Shown: positions 49,402 to 54,494 of the stretch, one piece after another | Layout: each line of letters starts with the position of its first letter | How positions within the stretch are numbered: position 1 is the first letter of the stretch | From: Octopus sinensis | Taxonomy: Eukaryota | NCBI RefSeq assembly: GCF_006345805.1 | Contig: NW_021835879.1 | Coordinates: 1 to 54,494, forward strand | Direction of reading: 5' to 3' | Length of the DNA: 54,494 bases | The notes under the pieces: model-generated | Told to the model about the DNA's origin: nothing | Database searches by the model: none | The model's input: the letters and a program-made list of their open reading frames with translations, nothing else | Program-made: the position numbers and the translations under genes

Positions 49402-50539
49402 GAGTGAGTTGAGAACCCTCTCTTAACTGAGGTTATCCATGCAACTAATAGGCTAAAAAACTCCCTCTAGAGATGTGTCAATCTAAAAACAACAAACAAG
49501 GGAGATAAAACTTATAATTAACCTTACAACAACTGCCTCCATTATCAGCCTTGATCAAGTAGAACTATGATAAAAGGCGTTCGATGTATGACCATCTCGT
49601 CGGTTATTTTTTTAAAAAAACATAGTTTATCTAAAACAACATTATCCAACGCACCCATCCTGTAATAGGCTGTGAAATTTGAGGAAGATTTTGCTGTTAT
49701 TTCTCTCATATAGAGCGACCACCAATACGATCTCTCGCCAGCTCGGCGGTGGTGGTCCCCAGTGGATTGATGTAGAAGTTTGTCTAAATACAACAAAAGA
49801 TTTTTGTATATTTATCTCTTAAAAAAAACAAGAACGTCGTAAAACATTACGAAATAAAATAGAAACCAAAAACTGATGAATAAAGAAAATAAATAGAAGA
49901 CTCAGAAGACGAAGTCTTGGAGGTTGTTCCAGGAGCAAAAGGAGTAAGTTTGTTCGCCGCACCAATTAATATAAGGCGGAACAACGATACTTTCTAGTAG
50001 ATGCACAGAGCCTCATTCTTTTTCTTCTTTTCTTTTTCTTTTTGCGGTGACGATCATTCTCAATCAAATCTACCTCAATGTATCACTGGTACTTACTGAA
50101 ATTATTTCATGCACCTTTAACTTTTACGCATCATTGGAGGAATTTTTGGTGCAGTAATTGTTTGGAAGATCTCAGTAAATTGAAGACTGCCGACTCATAA
50201 AGAACCGGCGAATTGGAGGAATCGTTAGAACTGAGTATGGCAGACTCGTTTTGGTTTTGCGGGACGGACTGAAGCCTAAACTAAGTATTGTGTACTGTAG
50301 AAGGATATTTATCCCTTAAAAGCTTTATTCATAATGTAGGCCGTAGAGAAAACAGTATGAGGCTGCATTATAGCAACTTTATAAGGAATGAAGGGAAGAG
50401 TGTTAGTAAATCTATGTGAGCAGAGAAATCTAGGGAAAACCCATCCACATGCTGTACCTTCATACATGCATATATACATGTATGTGTGTGTGTGTGTGTT
50501 ATGCGTGTGTTGTGTGTGTGTATATATATATATATACCG

Positions 50540-50740
50540 TTGGTGATTTTTTTTCCTCCGTCTTCCCTTCTCCGGATCTTTCCTTTTCCTATGTTTCTGA
50601 CGAAGAGCTCCGCTCGAAACGTTAAACTCTCCTTCTTCCCTTCTTTCCTGAGCGTTCAATAATACTATATTTGCTCCACGTCCTCGCGTTGTTGTGTTTT
50701 CTCTTTGTGTTTTCATGTTTGGATTAACTATATTTATACA
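50540..50740 (+). mobile_element. Short hammerhead-bearing interspersed repeat (Penelope pLTR-like); hammerhead at 50593-50627
   Basis: GTTT-CTGACGA-A-GAGC-TCC-GCTC-GAAA-CGT-T-AAAC, with a palindromic ACGT stem III typical of minimal dimerising hammerheads. Flanked by (TA)n and (CATA)n. Confidence 0.78.
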
Positions 50741-51032
50741 TACATACATACATACAAATATTTTATAATTATATAGGTAATATTTTTTACTTTAAGCTGG
50801 AAACAGGATCTTGTACGCGGTTAACCCAAAGTTTTAATTAATTTCTTTCTTTTGCCAGCCTATTATGTGGTGTGATATTCTCGGAGATTTTATGGCGGTC
50901 ATAGAGTCTTTAGACGTCTATTTTTTCAGTGCTTGGCGAGGTGCAAGCCAAGCCCTTGTTATAATTATGTATGTAATCATAAAATATTTGAAAAATTTAC
51001 TTTTGAAGATTTTATTTCCGCACTGACCATCA

Positions 51033-51058
51033 GGTAAAAATCATTAATGATTTTTACC
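51033..51058. repeat. Perfect 26-bp palindrome abutting an (ATT)n tract
   Basis: GGTAAAAATCATT|AATGATTTTTACC. Confidence 0.95.
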
Positions 51059-51099
<41 letters not shown>

Positions 51100-51282
51100 T
51101 ACATTTTAAAGTTATCTCTGCAGACTTTCGATAGAAATTAGATCCTCATCAGTATCCTGCAATAAATACACTAAATACTGGATCCGTGTGTGGAACTCAC
51201 GACTGAATCCGATATTTGTTGGGGCGTCGCACTTTACTGTGCTATTTTTCTGATACACACACACACACCATAAACTATATAC

Positions 51283-51615
51283 ATAAAGGCGTGGCTGTGT
51301 GGTAAGACGCTTGTTTCCCAACTACGTGGTTCTGGGTTCAGTCCCACTGCGTGGCACCTTGGGCAATTGTCTTCTGCTATAGTCTCGGGACAACCAAAGC
51401 CTTGTGAGTGTCATATATACATGTATGTGTTTGTATGTCGCTTCACAATCAATGTTGGCGTTGGTTTACGTCCCCGAGACCTAGCGCTTCGGCAAGAGAA
51501 ACCAATAGAATAATTAACAGGCTTATAAAGAATGAGTCCTGGGATCGATTTCTTCGACTAAAGGCGGTGCTCCAGTACGGCCGCAATGAAATGTCTGAAA
51601 AATTAAAAGAATAAA
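51283..51615 (+). mobile_element. SINE family B, near full-length
   Basis: aggcgtggctgtgtggtaagac...gggttcagtcccactgcgtggcaccttgggcaa...aaggcggtgctccagtacggccgcaatgaaatgtctgaaa. Confidence 0.9.
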
Positions 51616-51872
51616 TGAATATGTGTGTGTGTAGATGATTTATATTTGAATGTGCTTGTGTGTCTATTTATATCACTAACTCTATCTTTTCTGATGCAAA
51701 ACAAACTTTAGTTTATAAATTTTTATTGCTCGAGAATAATGAAAGAATTGCTCAAGAACATGGAAATTGCTGATAAAGCACTTCTTTCCCTCTGGGATTT
51801 AAAGATTCCAGAAGATTCTCGTCGCTAAATGTATGTATAACTGTATGTATACTATTCTAAAATGTAGTACGT

Positions 51873-51905
<33 letters not shown>

Positions 51906-53000
51906 GTGTGTTTATATATATATATGTCTTTATATATATATTTATATATACACACAGACACACATATATACCGACACACACACATACATACATACATACA
52001 TACATTCATACATACATACATACATACATACATACATACATACATACATACGTACGTATATAGAAATACACAGACGGATAAGCAAGTAGTAGATAGCTAA
52101 AGATACACACATGCTCACAAGATTTTTGTGTGTTTAGTATTGGCGAACTCTCCGCTATGTTGTCAGAATAATTTGAAGCCGAAGTTAATCTTTTATTATA
52201 TATAAGCATAAAATTTGACCTCACTGTCATATGTAAATAAAGATATCATATCACAGATTCATCTGTCTATGGTGAGAAAAAAAAATGTATCGATCTACCT
52301 GCATTTTGATTCTATTAAAATTTCATCATTGAAAGATCAACACTGTTTTCCTCTTTATCACAGAAATAAGTTATTTATAGCTATTTGTAGCACATCTATA
52401 ACTGGAGTGGTCCCAGCGCTGATTTAATTATGAAGCAAAATAAAGAGGTTCTCAGGACACCAGAGGAAGGATGGGCAGCATGGAAAAGGTAAATCGAACT
52501 CTACGGTGAGCTAATTTGGGTATTCCAGGCGACAATGTAACATCCATGTAATTAGTGGTATTCTCAGCCTGATGGTTAGCCAAGTTGAAGAACCATCGTG
52601 GAGTAATTATTGCAGCAGAGGATCGACTCGTTAAGAAACATATACAGCCTGGATTTTACCCGTTCCACTCCTTCAATTTGGTTTCTGCTTGTGTTCACAG
52701 CAATTCTAGTTGCTGACCATGAGGTATAAAGAAACTTTCAGCTTTCGAATGTCCTCCTGACTTCGATATGGGGGAAATGTGTAACCTTCGACGCCAATAA
52801 ATTGTAATAGTTCTTGACTGTGCATTGTCCATTTTTTGCTTTCTATACCTGCCACGGACTGATTGAAGCCTACAGACACCCTACACTTGGATCCTAGATC
52901 TTACCCTTATGCATCGATATAATATATATGTACGTAATATAATATAATACAATATAATGTAATATAATATAATTTATACACCCACCCACACACACACATA

Positions 53001-53510
53001 TGTATATATAAGAAATAGTGGCACAACAAGGTACCAGATTTTGCTGGAAATATCAGTCGATTACCGTTCGATGCTATGTAACGCTTGACTGAATGTATAG
53101 AAGCAAAGATGTGCGCGGACGGCCAACATGAAACATTTTCGTTTTACCTCTAGGAAGAACACCAGAGAAACGGACATCTTGCTTGTATTTAGGGCTGTGG
53201 CTTTTGGCTGAGTATACAGACGTTGATGTAGCGGATATTTTAAATTCAACTTCCGGTAGGCGCAGCCGACGAACACCAATCAGAATTACGATAACAAAAG
53301 TATTCTGAAAATTCCGTAACTCGAATACTAGGTGGTCAATTTCTCAGGCGTTCTTCCAAGTGGTAAGACGAACATTCTCTATGTTCGCCGCCCGCACATA
53401 TCTTTGCCTCTATACATTCAGTGAAGCTTTACCTAGCGTCGAACGGTTATCAACTGCTATTTCCAGCAAAAACTGGTACCTCGTTGTGCCACTATTTCCT
53501 ATACATACAT
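53001..53510. mobile_element. Fold-back/MITE-like element with ~176-bp diverged terminal inverted repeats
   Basis: 53001-53176 (agaaatagtggcacaacaaggtaccagattttgctggaaata...) aligns by eye with the reverse complement of 53334-53510 (ggaaatagtggcacaacgaggtaccagtttttgctggaaata...) at roughly 80% identity; TA-rich flanks. Confidence 0.85.
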
Positions 53511-53517
53511 AATATAA

Positions 53518-54130
53518 TAGGGTGAATAAACTTTCGTCTAAATTACGCAGAAATGAAAATAACACTGACATCTCATTTTAACAAAAATATTTACCAAAAT
53601 TACATGAAATTATCTTGAAATTCTAAAGAGTGAATTTAATCAATAAAATCGCCGTTGGTTTCAACCACAACCTCCAGAGGACTTCGGAATCTCCTGCAAT
53701 TCTTCTGGACAGTCTTCTTGTTTAAGTTGGTGAATCCTTGCCTTCAGTTCATCTTTGGTGTTACATAGAGCTTTGTTGGTCTCCCGCACAACTGCGCCCC
53801 ACACATAATAATCAAAGGGGTTGCAGTCTGGAGCATTAGGTGGTCAGATGTTAGGGATGATGTAATCGCAGAAATTTTCTGAGTGCTACGACTGGGTTTT
53901 CTTGCTTGTGTGACATGGCGCAGATATAGGACTTTCTAGCAGCCACCCTCTTGACCCAGGTCAGCACTACCTCCTCCAACCACTTGATATAGGCCTTCGT
54001 GTTGAATGTGAGGCCGTGTGGGAAGGTGAATGGGGGCATAATGTTGCCATTACTTGTGATCACCCTAAACACCATGATGTTGACTGGATACATGATTTTA
54101 ATCACTCTCGGTACATGTTTTCGGGAAAAT
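53518..54130 (-). mobile_element. maT (DD37D-type, Bmmar1-like) transposase C-terminal remnant
   Basis: Minus strand: IMVFRVITSNGNIMPPFTFPHG..YIKWLEEVV..SAPCHT; I*PPNAPDCNPFDYYVWGAV..CNTKDELKARI. A possible TIR TAGGGTG lies at ~53518. The second catalytic D is deleted, so the spacing cannot be counted. Confidence 0.8.
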
Positions 54131-54446
54131 CTGTCCTAAGATTAACACCTTAAGATTATGAAATGTTCGTATTGGAGTTTCCGGCGTGAATGCAAAGCAG
54201 TACAAAATTTCGTTTCCCGATTGCTAGCAGAGTGAATTGCGTCATGGTGCTGTTTTTCTTACAGGCGGTGCCCAACTAACCCTACTATATTGTGAAGTCG
54301 ACAAATTAAAAAACGAGCAATGCGCATGCGCGAAATTGAAAGTACAAAATGCCAACAATTTACCAATCGCATACTATATAAATGATATATATATATATAT
54401 CTATATATATATGTATATATAATATAGATAGATAGATATATGTATG

Positions 54447-54487
<41 letters not shown>

Positions 54488-54494
54488 TATATAT

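Noticed and set aside
52600-52810. CR1/L2-like RT fragment (IWGK..VTFDANK)
   Set aside because: Similarity too short and degenerate to support without a profile search.
54321-54331. NRF1-type TGCGCATGCGC site as a promoter
   Set aside because: Isolated motif near a transposon remnant and the window edge; no other evidence.

Overview
AT-rich, microsatellite-saturated eukaryotic non-coding DNA. The SINE families and repeat load resemble an octopod cephalopod (Octopus-like) genome; this is an inference, as no database search was run. I find no convincing host protein-coding exon, and the long ORFs in the track are translated microsatellites. Recognisable content: (1) decayed DNA transposons (Tc1, a near full-length mariner plus a second fragment, a mariner-type MITE, a maT-like remnant, a long-TIR fold-back element); (2) non-LTR retrotransposon remnants (Penelope RT/GIY-YIG, several RTE-type pieces, two R4/Dong-clade pieces); (3) about 35 copies of three tRNA-derived SINE families; (4) a degenerate 5S rRNA copy directly upstream of a tRNA-SINE; (5) about nine hammerhead-ribozyme-like motifs, several tied to near-perfect inverted repeats. 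The most interesting structure is at 31.7-35.4 kb: three same-orientation insertions stacked in (TAA)n microsatellite, namely two R4/Dong-like LINE fragments and a ~510-bp apparently non-coding element. That element shares its exact 16-nt 3' terminus with the LINE, suggesting a TAA-targeting LINE with a non-autonomous partner. Many SINE and fragment boundaries are approximate (tens of bp).
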